Below, in pieces: positions 53,698 to 63,603 of a stretch of 64,000 nt of DNA. Both the position numbers and the translations under genes were made by a program. Origin of the DNA: Gaiellaceae bacterium (GTDB lineage Bacteria > Actinomycetota > Thermoleophilia > Gaiellales > Gaiellaceae). The DNA is taken from NCBI GenBank assembly GCA_035764085.1, contig DASTZY010000082.1, positions 11,218-75,217 on the forward strand, written 5' to 3'. Position 1 is the stretch's first letter. Each line of letters opens with the position of its first letter. The notes below the pieces were generated by a model that was not told the origin of the DNA, made no database searches, and saw nothing but the letters and a program-made list of their open reading frames with translations.

Positions 53698-54616
53698 GCG
53701 CGAGGCGCTCCAGGCGGTGCTCGGCCCGGTCTCGGAGCCGGTGCTGCTCGCGGGCGGTGCGTCGAAGGAGGCGTGGGCGGTGGACGCAGGCGGCGAGCCG
53801 CTCCTGGTGCGGCGCGCGGCCGTCGGCGTCATCCACCGGCACACGCTCTCGCTGCGGCACGAGTTCGAGGTGCTGCAGGCGGCGTACGAGGCGGGTGTCA
53901 GGGCGCCGCGGCCCGTCGCGTACATCGAGGACCTGGACGGGCGCGAGGCGTTCGTGATGGAGCGCCTGGCGGGCGAGACGATCGGGCGCCGCATCGTCCG
54001 CACTCCCGTTTCCGATCAGCTGCCGCTGCAGATGGCGGAGGAGCTGGCCAGGATCCACGCGCTCGCGCCGGAGCGGCTGCCGTTCCTCGAGGCGGCGACG
54101 ATCGACCGGATGGTGGAGGAGCTCGACGAGGTCGGCGAGCCGCATCCGGCGATCGAGCTCGGGCTCTGGTGGCTGCGCGAGAACCGGCCGCCGCCGCGCG
54201 AGGCGGTCGTCGTCCACGGCGACTTCCGCATCGGCAACCTCGTCGTGGACGGGAGCGGCCTGGTCGGCGTGCTGGACTGGGAGTTCGCGCACCTCGACGA
54301 CCCCGCGCGCGACCTCTCCTTCGCGCTCGTCCGCGCCTGGCGCTTCGGCCGCGACGACCTGCGGCTCGGCGGGATCGGTCAGGTCGAGCCGTATCTGGAG
54401 CGCTACAACGAGCTGACCGGCTTCGACGTGCGCCCGGAGGAGCTCGACTACTGGGAGCTCGCGGGCAACGTCGGCTGGGCGACCGGCTGCCTCACCCAGG
54501 CGCGGCGGCATCTGACCGGGCAGGACCGGAGCGTCGAGCTTGCGATCCTCGGCCGGCTCGGCGCCGAGGTCGAGTACGAGATCTGCCACCTGCTGGAGGC
54601 GAGGGGAGTCACATGA
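53696..54616 (+). CDS. APH-fold phosphotransferase family protein
   Basis: Track ORF 53642..54616. Start at ATG 53696 or 53684. Catalytic loop VHGDFRIGNLV and LDWEF. Confidence 0.8.
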   Translation: MREALQAVLGPVSEPVLLAGGASKEAWAVDAGGEPLLVRRAAVGVIHRHTLSLRHEFEVLQAAYEAGVRAPRPVAYIEDLDGREAFVMERLAGETIGRRIVRTPVSDQLPLQMAEELARIHALAPERLPFLEAATIDRMVEELDEVGEPHPAIELGLWWLRENRPPPREAVVVHGDFRIGNLVVDGSGLVGVLDWEFAHLDDPARDLSFALVRAWRFGRDDLRLGGIGQVEPYLERYNELTGFDVRPEELDYWELAGNVGWATGCLTQARRHLTGQDRSVELAILGRLGAEVEYEICHLLEARGVT

Positions 54617-54915
54617 GCGAGCGTCCGACCGCCGACGAGCTCGCCGAGGCGATCGAGGAGTTCCTCGCCGGCGAGATCCTGCCCACCCTCGACGACCACC
54701 GGCTCCGCTTCCGCACGCTCGTGGCGTTGAACGCGCTCGGGATCGTGCGCCGCGAGCTCGCAGGCCTGCCGCCGCAGGACGACGAGGAGCTGCGCGTGCT
54801 CGCGGCCCAGATCCGCGGCGGCGACGTCCCGCCCGGCACGCTCGCGCGCGTCAAGGCAGGCGTCGAGCAGCGGCTGCGGATCGCGAGTCCGAACTACCTC
54901 GACCGATACGCGTGA
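54613..54915 (+). CDS. Small (100 aa) helical protein, DUF6285-like partner of the phosphotransferase
   Basis: Tail of track ORF 52564..54915. ATG 54613 lies in an ATGA overlap. MSERPTADELAEAIEEFLAGEILP...LRFRTLVALNALGIVRREL. Confidence 0.65.
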   Translation: MSERPTADELAEAIEEFLAGEILPTLDDHRLRFRTLVALNALGIVRRELAGLPPQDDEELRVLAAQIRGGDVPPGTLARVKAGVEQRLRIASPNYLDRYA

Positions 54916-55865
54916 GCGCGTTCCTCGTCGAGCGGATCGAGGCGGACGCGGAGATCGAGCGGTCGATCTTCGGCACGGCCGACCCCCACGAGATCTGGCA
55001 CGAGGTCCTCGCGATCTGCCCGGAAGCCGTCGACTGCTTCGCCTTCGAGGTCAGCATCGGCGCACTCCTCGGCCTTCGCCTCGCCGGCGGCGAGCGCGTC
55101 GCGCTGAAGGTGCACCTCGACCGTGCACTCGACGGCTACCTGGAGGCGATGCAGGCCGTCCAGGAACATCTCCGGCGGCGCGGCTTTCCCTGCCCGAGAC
55201 CGCTCGGCGTGCGCGGTCGGGCGACGCTCGAGGAGTGGCGGGACGACGGCGAGTATCTCGATGGGCACGACCCCGCCGTACGCAGGGCACTCGCCGAGCT
55301 GCTCGCAGAGCTGGTCGAGCTGGCGCGTGACCTCGAGCCGAGCCCGTTGCTCGTGCCGTTCCTCCCGCGGCCGGGCGGTCCGCTGTGGCCGAAGCCGCAC
55401 AACGTCCTGATCGACTTCGAGGCCTCCGCACCGGCTGCCGGCTGGATCGACGAGATCGCCGCCGCCGCGCGACGCCGCCGCGACGCCGGGACCGGCGACC
55501 TCGTGATCGCCCACCACGATTGGAACGTGAACCACGTCCGTTTCGACGGGCTGCGGCCGGTCCTCGTCTACGACTGGGACAGCGTGAGCGCCGACTTCGA
55601 GCCGCACTTCGTCGGCGAGGCGGCGGCCGCATTCACCTACACGGAGCACCTTCCGGTCGAGCTCCTGCCGACCCTGGAGGAGTCGCAGGCCTTCATCGAC
55701 GATTACGAGCGGGCCCGCGGACGGCCGTTCACGGACGACGAGCGACGGACCGCCCGAGCCGCGACCGTCTACACGCGCTCGTACTCGACGCGCTGCATCC
55801 ACGCCCTCGGTGGCGACGTGCATGCGCTTCGCCTCCACGAGTACGAGCGCGAGTTGCTCGAATAA
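54912..55865 (+). CDS. Second APH-fold kinase-like protein
   Basis: Tail of track ORF 54540..55865. GTG 54912 lies in a GTGA overlap. Catalytic-loop-like HHDWNVNH and YDWD. Confidence 0.65.
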   Translation: MSAFLVERIEADAEIERSIFGTADPHEIWHEVLAICPEAVDCFAFEVSIGALLGLRLAGGERVALKVHLDRALDGYLEAMQAVQEHLRRRGFPCPRPLGVRGRATLEEWRDDGEYLDGHDPAVRRALAELLAELVELARDLEPSPLLVPFLPRPGGPLWPKPHNVLIDFEASAPAAGWIDEIAAAARRRRDAGTGDLVIAHHDWNVNHVRFDGLRPVLVYDWDSVSADFEPHFVGEAAAAFTYTEHLPVELLPTLEESQAFIDDYERARGRPFTDDERRTARAATVYTRSYSTRCIHALGGDVHALRLHEYERELLE

Positions 55866-55874
55866 GCTCTCGCC

Positions 55875-56810
55875 ATGCCCGATCTGAGCGGCAAGGTCGC
55901 GATCGTCACCGGGGCGGGACGCGGGATCGGCCGTTCGCACGCGCTCGCGCTCGCCCGGGCCGGGGCAAAGGTCGTCGTCAACGACCTCGGCGCCGGGATC
56001 GCCGGCGAGGGCTCCGACTCCGGGCCGGCCGAGGAGGTCGTCGAGGAGGTCCGCGCCGCCGGCGGGGAGGCGGCGGTGAACGGCGAGAACGTCGCCGACT
56101 TCACCGGGGCGGGACGGCTCGTCCAGCAGGCGATCGACGAGTTCGGCCGGCTGGACATCCTCGTCAACAACGCCGGGATCCTCCGCGACCGGATGCTCGT
56201 GAACATGACCGAGGACGAGTGGGACGCAGTCGTCGCCGTCCACCTCAAGGGCCACTTCGCGCCGACGCAGCACGCGGCGGCGCACTGGCGCGAGCGCTCG
56301 AAGGCCGGCGAGGACGTACGCGGCCGCGTCGTCAACACGTCGAGCCCCTCGGGCGTGTTCGGCAACGTCGGCCAGGCGAACTACGGCGCCGCGAAGGCGG
56401 GCATCGCCGGCTTCACGATCATCGCCGCGCAGGAGCTGCAGCGCTACGGCGTCACCGTCAACTGCCTCGCTCCGAACGCGCGCACGCGCATGACCGAGGA
56501 GACGTTCCAGATGGACGCGCCCCCGGAGGGCTTCGACCCGCTCGACCCCGGCAACGTCTCGGCCGTCGTCGTCGCGCTCTGCGCCGACGAGGCGCAGGCG
56601 ATCACCGGCCAGGTCATCCACGTCTGGGGCGGCGCCGTCAACGTGCTGCGCGGCTGGAGCGCCGGGGAGCTGCTCGACGCCCCGGACGGCTGGGAGCCGG
56701 ACGCGCTGCTGGGCGCGCTGCTCGCGCGCTTCCCGGACGGGGCCTCGCCGCCCGGCATGCTCGCCGGCATGCAGTCCGCCGGCGGGCGGTCGCTGCAGGC
56801 GGCGGACTGA
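55875..56810 (+). CDS. SDR oxidoreductase resembling the dehydrogenase domain of MFE-2 / hydroxyacyl-CoA dehydrogenases
   Basis: 311 aa. Motifs TGAGRGIG, NNAG, and YGAAK (YxxxK). Confidence 0.8.
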   Translation: MPDLSGKVAIVTGAGRGIGRSHALALARAGAKVVVNDLGAGIAGEGSDSGPAEEVVEEVRAAGGEAAVNGENVADFTGAGRLVQQAIDEFGRLDILVNNAGILRDRMLVNMTEDEWDAVVAVHLKGHFAPTQHAAAHWRERSKAGEDVRGRVVNTSSPSGVFGNVGQANYGAAKAGIAGFTIIAAQELQRYGVTVNCLAPNARTRMTEETFQMDAPPEGFDPLDPGNVSAVVVALCADEAQAITGQVIHVWGGAVNVLRGWSAGELLDAPDGWEPDALLGALLARFPDGASPPGMLAGMQSAGGRSLQAAD

Positions 56811-56812
56811 CG

Positions 56813-57540
56813 GTGGCCCTCCTCGAGCTCGACCGCGCTCGGCTTCGCTTCGGCGGGATCGTCGCGCTCGACGATGTCTCCCTCGCAGTCGAAGACCACT
56901 CGATCGTCGGTCTGATCGGCCCCAACGGCGCCGGGAAGACGACCGCGTTCAACGCGATCACGCGCCTCTACCGGCTCGACTCCGGCGACGTCGTCTTCGA
57001 CGGCCGCTCGCTCAAGCGCGTCCGGCCGAGCCGGGTGATCAGGCTGGGAATCGCCCGCACCTTCCAGAACCTCGAGCTGTTCCCGAGGATGACCGTGCTC
57101 GAGAACGTCCTCGTCGGCGCGCACGCCGCGACCCGCCTGCGGCTCGAGCGGGAGCAACGGCGGGCCGCGCTCGAGACGCTCGAAGACGTCGGCATCGCCG
57201 AGCATGCGAACCGCCCCGCCTCGGGGCTCCCGTTCGGGACGCTGAAGCGCGTGGAGCTCGCGCGCGCGGTCGCGAGCCAGCCGCGGGTCCTCCTCCTCGA
57301 CGAGCCGGCGGGCGGCCTGAACCACGAGGAGGTCGACGAGCTCGGCGGCCTGATCCGCCGGCTGCGCGACGAGCGCGAGCTGACCGTCCTCCTGGTCGAG
57401 CACCACATGCGGCTCGTGATGGAGGTCTGCGAGCACGTGCACGTCCTCGACTTCGGGCGCACCATCGCCAGCGGCGCGCCCGCCGAGGTGCAGCGCGACT
57501 CCGCCGTGATCGAGGCGTACCTCGGGGGAGAGCTCGCGGC

Positions 57541-57544
<4 letters not shown>
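56813..57544 (+). CDS. ABC transporter ATP-binding protein (LivG-like)
   Basis: Tail of track ORF 55385..57544, starting at GTG 56813. Walker A GPNGAGKTT, signature LPFGTLKRVELARA, Walker B LLLDEPAGG. Confidence 0.85.
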
Positions 57545-58247
<703 letters not shown>

Positions 58248-58248
<1 letters not shown>

Positions 58249-59258
58249 TGGCCGCGCTCGAGTCCTCTCCCCGCCCCAGCTTCCGCAGCCGCGGCGCCGC
58301 GCTCGGCGGCGTGCCGGCCATCAGCCTGCTCCTCGTCGCCGCGGCGGCGGCGCTGCTCGTCGGCTCGCTGCGCAACCAGACCTTCGCCCAGCTGACGGTC
58401 CAGGGGCTCGCCCTCGGGTCCGTCTACGGCAGCCTCGCGCTCGCGCTCGTCCTCGTCTATCGCGCGACGCGCGTGATCAACTTCGCCCAGGGCGAGCTGG
58501 CCATGTTCACCACGTACATCGCATGGCAGCTCATCCAGTGGGGCCTCTCGTACTGGGAGGCGTTCTTCGCCACGCTGGGGATCGCGTTCGTGCTCGGCCT
58601 CGTGCTCGAGGTCGCGCTCATCCGGCCGGTGCTGCACCGGTCTGCGATAGCCGCCGTGATCGTGACGGTCGGGCTCTTCATCCTGATCGACGGCGTCGTG
58701 ACCTGGATCTGGGGAGGCGACTTCAAGTTCATCCCCTCGCCGTTCGGGACGACCATCTACCACGTGGGCGGCGTCTCGATCGCCCGGCTCTATCTCGGGA
58801 TGATCGTCGTCGTCCTCGCCTCGGTGCTGCTCGTCTGGGCGCTCTTCCGGTTCACGAAGCTGGGTCTCGGGATGCGCGCAGCCGCCGTGCGGCCTGCCGA
58901 GGCGGCCCTCGTAGGCGTTCGCGTCGACCGGATGCTGGCGATCGGCTGGGGGCTCGCCGCCGTGCTCGGCGCCGTCGCGGGCCTGATGGCCGAGCCGTCG
59001 CAGTTCACGCTCGAGCCGACGCTCATGCAGCCCATCCTCGTCTACGCCTTCGCCGCGGCCGTGCTCGGCGGGCTCGAGAGCCCGGCGGGAGCACTCGTCG
59101 GCGGGCTCGTCATCGGCGTCTCGCTCAGCCTCATCGTCCAGTACGTGCCGGCGATCACCTCGGAGCTGCAGCTGCCGTTTGCCTTCGCCGTGCTCATCGT
59201 CGTGCTGCTGATCAAGCCGTCCGGCCTCTTCGGTCGCCGCGAGGTGCGGCGGGTATGA
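58248..59258 (+). CDS. ABC transporter permease (LivH-like)
   Basis: Tail of track ORF 57906..59258. ATG 58248 shares 1 nt with the upstream stop. GSVYGSLALALVLVYRATRVINFAQGE. Confidence 0.85.
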
Positions 59259-60187
59259 AACGGCTGCCGGCCTTCGCGTCGCTCGCCGCCGTGGCGGGAG
59301 TGCTCGCGGTGCTGCCGTTCCTCCTCAGCGGCTACCACGTCTCCCTCGTCGCGAAGGTCGGGGTCTTCTTCATCGGGGTGCTCGGCCTGAACATCCTCAC
59401 CGGCTACACGGGACAGATCTCGATCGGCCACGGCGCGTTCATGGCGATCGGCGGCTACACGACGGCAGTGCTGTCGCGCGACCACGACACCAACCTCGTC
59501 GTGACGATGCTCGCGGCCTTCGCCCTCTGCTTCGTCGTCGGCGTGCTCGTCGGCATCCCGGCGCTTCGTTTCTCCGGGGTCTACCTCGCGCTCGTGACCT
59601 TCGCGCTGGCCGTCTCCGTGCCCCAGCTGCCGCTCAAGTGGTCGAGGTTTCTCGGCGGAAGGGACGGCGTCCAGACTTCGCGGACGGTGAGCCACGTCTG
59701 GCTCTACGGCGCTGCCTGGGCGGCGTCGGCGATCCTGTTCGTCCTCGCGTGGCTGATCTTGCGAGGCCGGGTCGGGCGCGCCTTCCGAGCGGTCCGCGAC
59801 AGCGAGATCGCAGCCGTCGCCTCCGGGATCGAGCTGCCCGTCTACAAGACCCTCGCGTTCGGGATCTCGGCCGCCTACGCCGGCGTCGCGGGCTCGCTCT
59901 TCGTCCTCGCGACCAACGGCTTCGCGGCGCCCGACGAGTTCGGCGTCGTGCTCTCGCTCCAGCTCCTCGTCGGCGCGGCGGTGGCCGGGCTCGGGTCGCT
60001 CTGGGGGGTCCTCGCCGGCGCCGCGTTCGTCGGGTTGCTCCCCGCGGTCTCGAGCGGTGTCCCCGTGATCGGCTCCGACCACGGCCGGGACGTCGTGTTC
60101 GGAGCGGCGGTCGTCCTCGTCATGCTCCTGCTCCCCGGCGGGTTCGCCGGACTGATCGCGCGTCTGCGTCGGGTCGCCCGTGCTTGA
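59255..60187 (+). CDS. ABC transporter permease (LivM-like)
   Basis: Tail of track ORF 58175..60187. ATG 59255 lies in an ATGA overlap. GYTGQISIGHGAFMAIGGY. Confidence 0.85.
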   Translation: MKRLPAFASLAAVAGVLAVLPFLLSGYHVSLVAKVGVFFIGVLGLNILTGYTGQISIGHGAFMAIGGYTTAVLSRDHDTNLVVTMLAAFALCFVVGVLVGIPALRFSGVYLALVTFALAVSVPQLPLKWSRFLGGRDGVQTSRTVSHVWLYGAAWAASAILFVLAWLILRGRVGRAFRAVRDSEIAAVASGIELPVYKTLAFGISAAYAGVAGSLFVLATNGFAAPDEFGVVLSLQLLVGAAVAGLGSLWGVLAGAAFVGLLPAVSSGVPVIGSDHGRDVVFGAAVVLVMLLLPGGFAGLIARLRRVARA

Positions 60188-60262
60188 ACCGCGAGTCAAT
60201 CTCAATCAAACTGCTCCCGAAATCGTCTCATCGGACACACCCGCAATCGCAGGAGGGGGCGC

Positions 60263-61528
60263 ATGAGCGTCAACCGTAGGAAGCTCGGAGCGCTGCTCTG
60301 CGCTCTTCTCGTCACAGCCGCGGTGGCAAGCGCAGCGGCTGCGTCGCACACGAGCACACCGGGCGTGACGAAGAAGCAGATCACGATCGGCGGCACGTTC
60401 CCGCTGACCGGTCCGGCGTCGCTGTACAAGACGATCCCGGCGGCGGAGGCCGCCTACTACGCCTACGTGAACGCACACGGCGGCGTGAACCACCGCAAGA
60501 TCAAGGACATCGTCCTCGACGACCAGTACGACCCGTCGCAGACCGTGCCGCAGACCACGAAGCTGGTCGAGCAGGACCACGTCTTCGCCGTGGTCGGCAG
60601 CCTCGGCACCGCGCCGATCCTCTCGACGTGGAGCTACCTGAACAAGAACAAGGTGCCGCAGGTGCTCGTCGCGACCGGCGACGCCTTCTGGGGCAATTGC
60701 GTGCACCACAAGTGCCAGGGCTCGACGAAACCGTGGACGATGGGCTGGCAGCCCACGTACCCGGGCGAGGCGAAGATCTACGCGAAGTACATCCTCGCCA
60801 ACAAGGCGAGCGCGAAGATCGGCGTCATCTACCAGAACGACGCGTACGGGAAGAACTACCTCGCCGGCCTGAAGACCGGGCTCGGCTCGCACGCGAACCA
60901 GATCGTCGACGCCGAGTCGTACAACGTCGGCGACTCCGCCCAGGTGATCGCGGCCCACATCGTGGCCCTGCGGGCGCACGGCGCCGACACGCTCGCGATC
61001 TTCGCGACGCCGACGCCGACGATCCAGTCGCTCGTGGCCAGGACGCTGATCGGCTGGGATCCGCTCACGTTCGTCAACAACGTGTCGGCGAACCGGCTCT
61101 TCGAGCTCGCCGCGGCACAGAACGGCGCCAGCCTGGACGGGATCATCTCCACGGCGTACACCGCCAGCTCGACCACGCAGGCGAACCTGCCGGGGATGAA
61201 GCTCGCGACGTCGATCATCCACCAGTACGCGCCCAGCCTCGACCAGAGCCTCGCCCAGGGCGACGGGAACATCGTCTACGGGCTCGGCGTCGCCTGGACG
61301 TTCGTGGACGCGCTCAAGCACGCGGGCAAGAACCTGACGCGGGCGAGTCTGATGCACGCGCTGCGGAGCCTGAACGAGACGAAGAACCCGTTCATCTATC
61401 CGGGCATGACGGTCCAGACGTCCAAGAAGCGCACCTTCCCCATGGAGCAGCTCAAGCTCCTGCGGTGGAGCGGCGGCAAGACCGGCGACTGGCACGCCTT
61501 CGGCAAGATCTACTCGGGCGTGCACTAG
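60263..61528 (+). CDS. ABC transporter substrate-binding protein (LIV/HAAT family), secreted
   Basis: 421 aa. SD GGAGGGGG upstream. Signal peptide LLCALLVTAAVASAAAA. Last gene of the second ABC operon. Confidence 0.85.
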   Translation: MSVNRRKLGALLCALLVTAAVASAAAASHTSTPGVTKKQITIGGTFPLTGPASLYKTIPAAEAAYYAYVNAHGGVNHRKIKDIVLDDQYDPSQTVPQTTKLVEQDHVFAVVGSLGTAPILSTWSYLNKNKVPQVLVATGDAFWGNCVHHKCQGSTKPWTMGWQPTYPGEAKIYAKYILANKASAKIGVIYQNDAYGKNYLAGLKTGLGSHANQIVDAESYNVGDSAQVIAAHIVALRAHGADTLAIFATPTPTIQSLVARTLIGWDPLTFVNNVSANRLFELAAAQNGASLDGIISTAYTASSTTQANLPGMKLATSIIHQYAPSLDQSLAQGDGNIVYGLGVAWTFVDALKHAGKNLTRASLMHALRSLNETKNPFIYPGMTVQTSKKRTFPMEQLKLLRWSGGKTGDWHAFGKIYSGVH

Positions 61529-61551
61529 TCCGCGCCGCGGTATCCAGACCT

Positions 61552-61577
61552 CGAGGGGGAGCTCCGGCTCCCCCTCG
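61552..61577 (+). terminator. Terminator-like hairpin after the SBP gene
   Basis: CGAGGGGGAGC-tccg-GCTCCCCCTCG followed by TCATTTC. Confidence 0.55.
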
Positions 61578-61582
61578 TCATT

Positions 61583-61624
61583 TCGGGACCTGGCTTTCCT
61601 CGTAACAGACTGTTACTAGCCGCG
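61583..61624. repeat. Direct-repeat copy 1 (about 42 bp) containing the perfect palindrome GTAACAGACTGTTAC (61602-61616)
   Basis: TCGGGACC-N11-GTAACAGACTGTTAC-tAGCCG. It matches copy 2 at 34 of 42 positions by hand alignment. Confidence 0.75.
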
Positions 61625-61685
61625 AATGGCTCGGTCCCGCTGAACCGCTTGACGAGGCCGTTTTCGCCTCGACGTCTGGGCCGCG

Positions 61686-61727
61686 TCGGGACCGGTCTTC
61701 GCAAGTAACAGACTGTTACAAGCCGAG
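61686..61727. repeat. Direct-repeat copy 2 containing an identical GTAACAGACTGTTAC (61705-61719); overlaps the stop codon of the downstream gene
   Basis: It lies exactly 103 bp from copy 1. The TAA stop of the minus-strand gene (61716-61718) is inside the palindrome. Confidence 0.75.
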
Positions 61728-63584
61728 TTCGGCCGGCGCGGTCACGGGTGCCCGGCACGCAAAGTTCGCGCAGACGTAGACCGCGGGCGCGCCCTCGACG
61801 AGGGCCTTGCCCTCCAGCAGCGGCACGTCCTCGGCCGGGCCGAAGGCGACGACCGCGTTCGGGTCGAAGCCGCCCAGCGCCGCGCGGGCGACCTCCGAGT
61901 CCGGGCCGCCGACGATCGCCAGCTCGCGCGGCGGCGAGAGATGGAGATCCACCGCGCACAGCGCCCAGCCGAAGAAGGTGGGCAGCCGCGGCAGCTGGTC
62001 GCGGACGAGCCGCAGCGCTCCCACCGCCTGCCGCTCGAGCTCGTCGTCGCCCCAGATCCGCGCGAGGCGCAGGAGGACGAAGGCGAGCATCGAGTTGCCC
62101 GCAGGCGTCGGGTTGTCGTCGAGGGACTTCTGCCGCGCCACGAGTTGCTCGCCGTCCACCGGCGCGAGGAAGAAGCCGCCGCGTTCCGGGTCGCCGAACA
62201 GCTCGACGGCGGCGAGCGCAAGGCGGCGTGCCTCGTGCAGCCAGCGGAGCTCGCCGCTTGCGACGTGCAGCTCGTAGAGGCCGTGCGCCACGTTCGCGTA
62301 GTCCTCGAGATAGGCGGGGAACTTCGCGCGGCCGTCGCGCAGCGTTCGCCAGAGCGGTTCCGCGCACAGCAGCTCCCCCAGCTCCCGGGCGGCCGCGAGG
62401 AGGTCTCGGCGCTCCAGCCGACGCGCTCCCTCCGAGAGCGCGGCCAGCGCCAGGCCGTTCCAGGACGCGATGACCTTGTCGTCGAGAGCGGGCTGCGGCC
62501 GGCCTTCACGGATCTCGAGCAGCCGCCCACGGATCTCGTCGTCCAGCTCGCCTCTCAGGACGAAGCGCCCGTGCTCGAACGGCTGCAGCAGCTCCGGCGG
62601 CGCTCCCTCCTCGGCCGTCCAGGTGTACGTGAGACCCTCGACGCCGTCGGTGTCCGCGTCCTGCGAGGACGCGAAACCCCCGCCGGGTGGCCGCAGCTCG
62701 CGCACCATGTAGTCGAGCGTCTGCTCCGCCACGCGGCGGTACCGCTCCTCCCCGGTGAGCAGCCAGGCGTGGAGGTACGGCGGGACGAGGACCGCGTTGT
62801 CGTAGAGCATCTTCTCGAAGTGCGGCACGAGCCACTGCGCGTCGACCGAGTAGCGGTGGAACCCCCCGCCGACCAGGTCGTACATCCCGCCCGCCGCCAT
62901 CCCGTCGAGCGTCAGCAGGACCGGATCCAGCGCCTCACGGCGCAGCAGGAACTCGAGCGCCGACGCGGGCGGGAACTTCGGCGCATGTCCGAAGCCACCC
63001 CAGCGCGGATCGACCTGCGCGAGGAGGCCGCGCTCGGCCTCCGCGAGCAGCTCTTCGGTGAGCGGCTCGCGCGACGGCTCCGTCTCGGCCGAGCGCCGCA
63101 CCGCATCGACGAGCGCCGTGGCCTGCGCGGCGACGTCCTCCGGGCGCTCGCGATAGGCGTCCGCGACCGCGCGGAGCACCTGGCGGAACGAGGGCAGCCC
63201 GTGCCGCGGCTCGGGCGGGAAGTAGGTGCCTCCGAAGAACGGCTCGCCGTCCGGCGTGAGGAAAACCGTGAGCGGCCAGCCGCCCTGTCCGGTCAGCGCC
63301 ACCACGGCGTCCATGTACACGGCGTCGACGTCCGGCCGCTCCTCGCGGTCGACCTTGACGTTGACGAAGAGCTCGTTCATGACGGTCGCGGTCGCCTCGT
63401 CGTCGAACGACTCGTGCTCCATCACGTGGCACCAGTGGCAGGCGGCGTACCCGATCGAGACGAGCAGCGGCTTGCCCTCGGCGCGGGCGCGGCCGAACGC
63501 CTCGTCGCCCCACGCATGCCAGTCCACCGGGTTCCCGGCGTGCTGGAGGAGGTACGGGCTCGTCTCCTGCGCCAGCCGGTTCAT
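61716..63584 (-). CDS. Thioredoxin-domain protein of the DUF255/YyaL family
   Basis: Track ORF 61716..63650. ATG 63584 preferred (alternative 63605). [28 protein letters not shown], followed by a long alpha-helical-toroid-like region. Confidence 0.85.
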   Translation of the reverse strand: MNRLAQETSPYLLQHAGNPVDWHAWGDEAFGRARAEGKPLLVSIGYAACHWCHVMEHESFDDEATATVMNELFVNVKVDREERPDVDAVYMDAVVALTGQGGWPLTVFLTPDGEPFFGGTYFPPEPRHGLPSFRQVLRAVADAYRERPEDVAAQATALVDAVRRSAETEPSREPLTEELLAEAERGLLAQVDPRWGGFGHAPKFPPASALEFLLRREALDPVLLTLDGMAAGGMYDLVGGGFHRYSVDAQWLVPHFEKMLYDNAVLVPPYLHAWLLTGEERYRRVAEQTLDYMVRELRPPGGGFASSQDADTDGVEGLTYTWTAEEGAPPELLQPFEHGRFVLRGELDDEIRGRLLEIREGRPQPALDDKVIASWNGLALAALSEGARRLERRDLLAAARELGELLCAEPLWRTLRDGRAKFPAYLEDYANVAHGLYELHVASGELRWLHEARRLALAAVELFGDPERGGFFLAPVDGEQLVARQKSLDDNPTPAGNSMLAFVLLRLARIWGDDELERQAVGALRLVRDQLPRLPTFFGWALCAVDLHLSPPRELAIVGGPDSEVARAALGGFDPNAVVAFGPAEDVPLLEGKALVEGAPAVYVCANFACRAPVTAPAELGL

Positions 63585-63603
63585 CGCGTTAGCGTAGGCG
63601 CCC

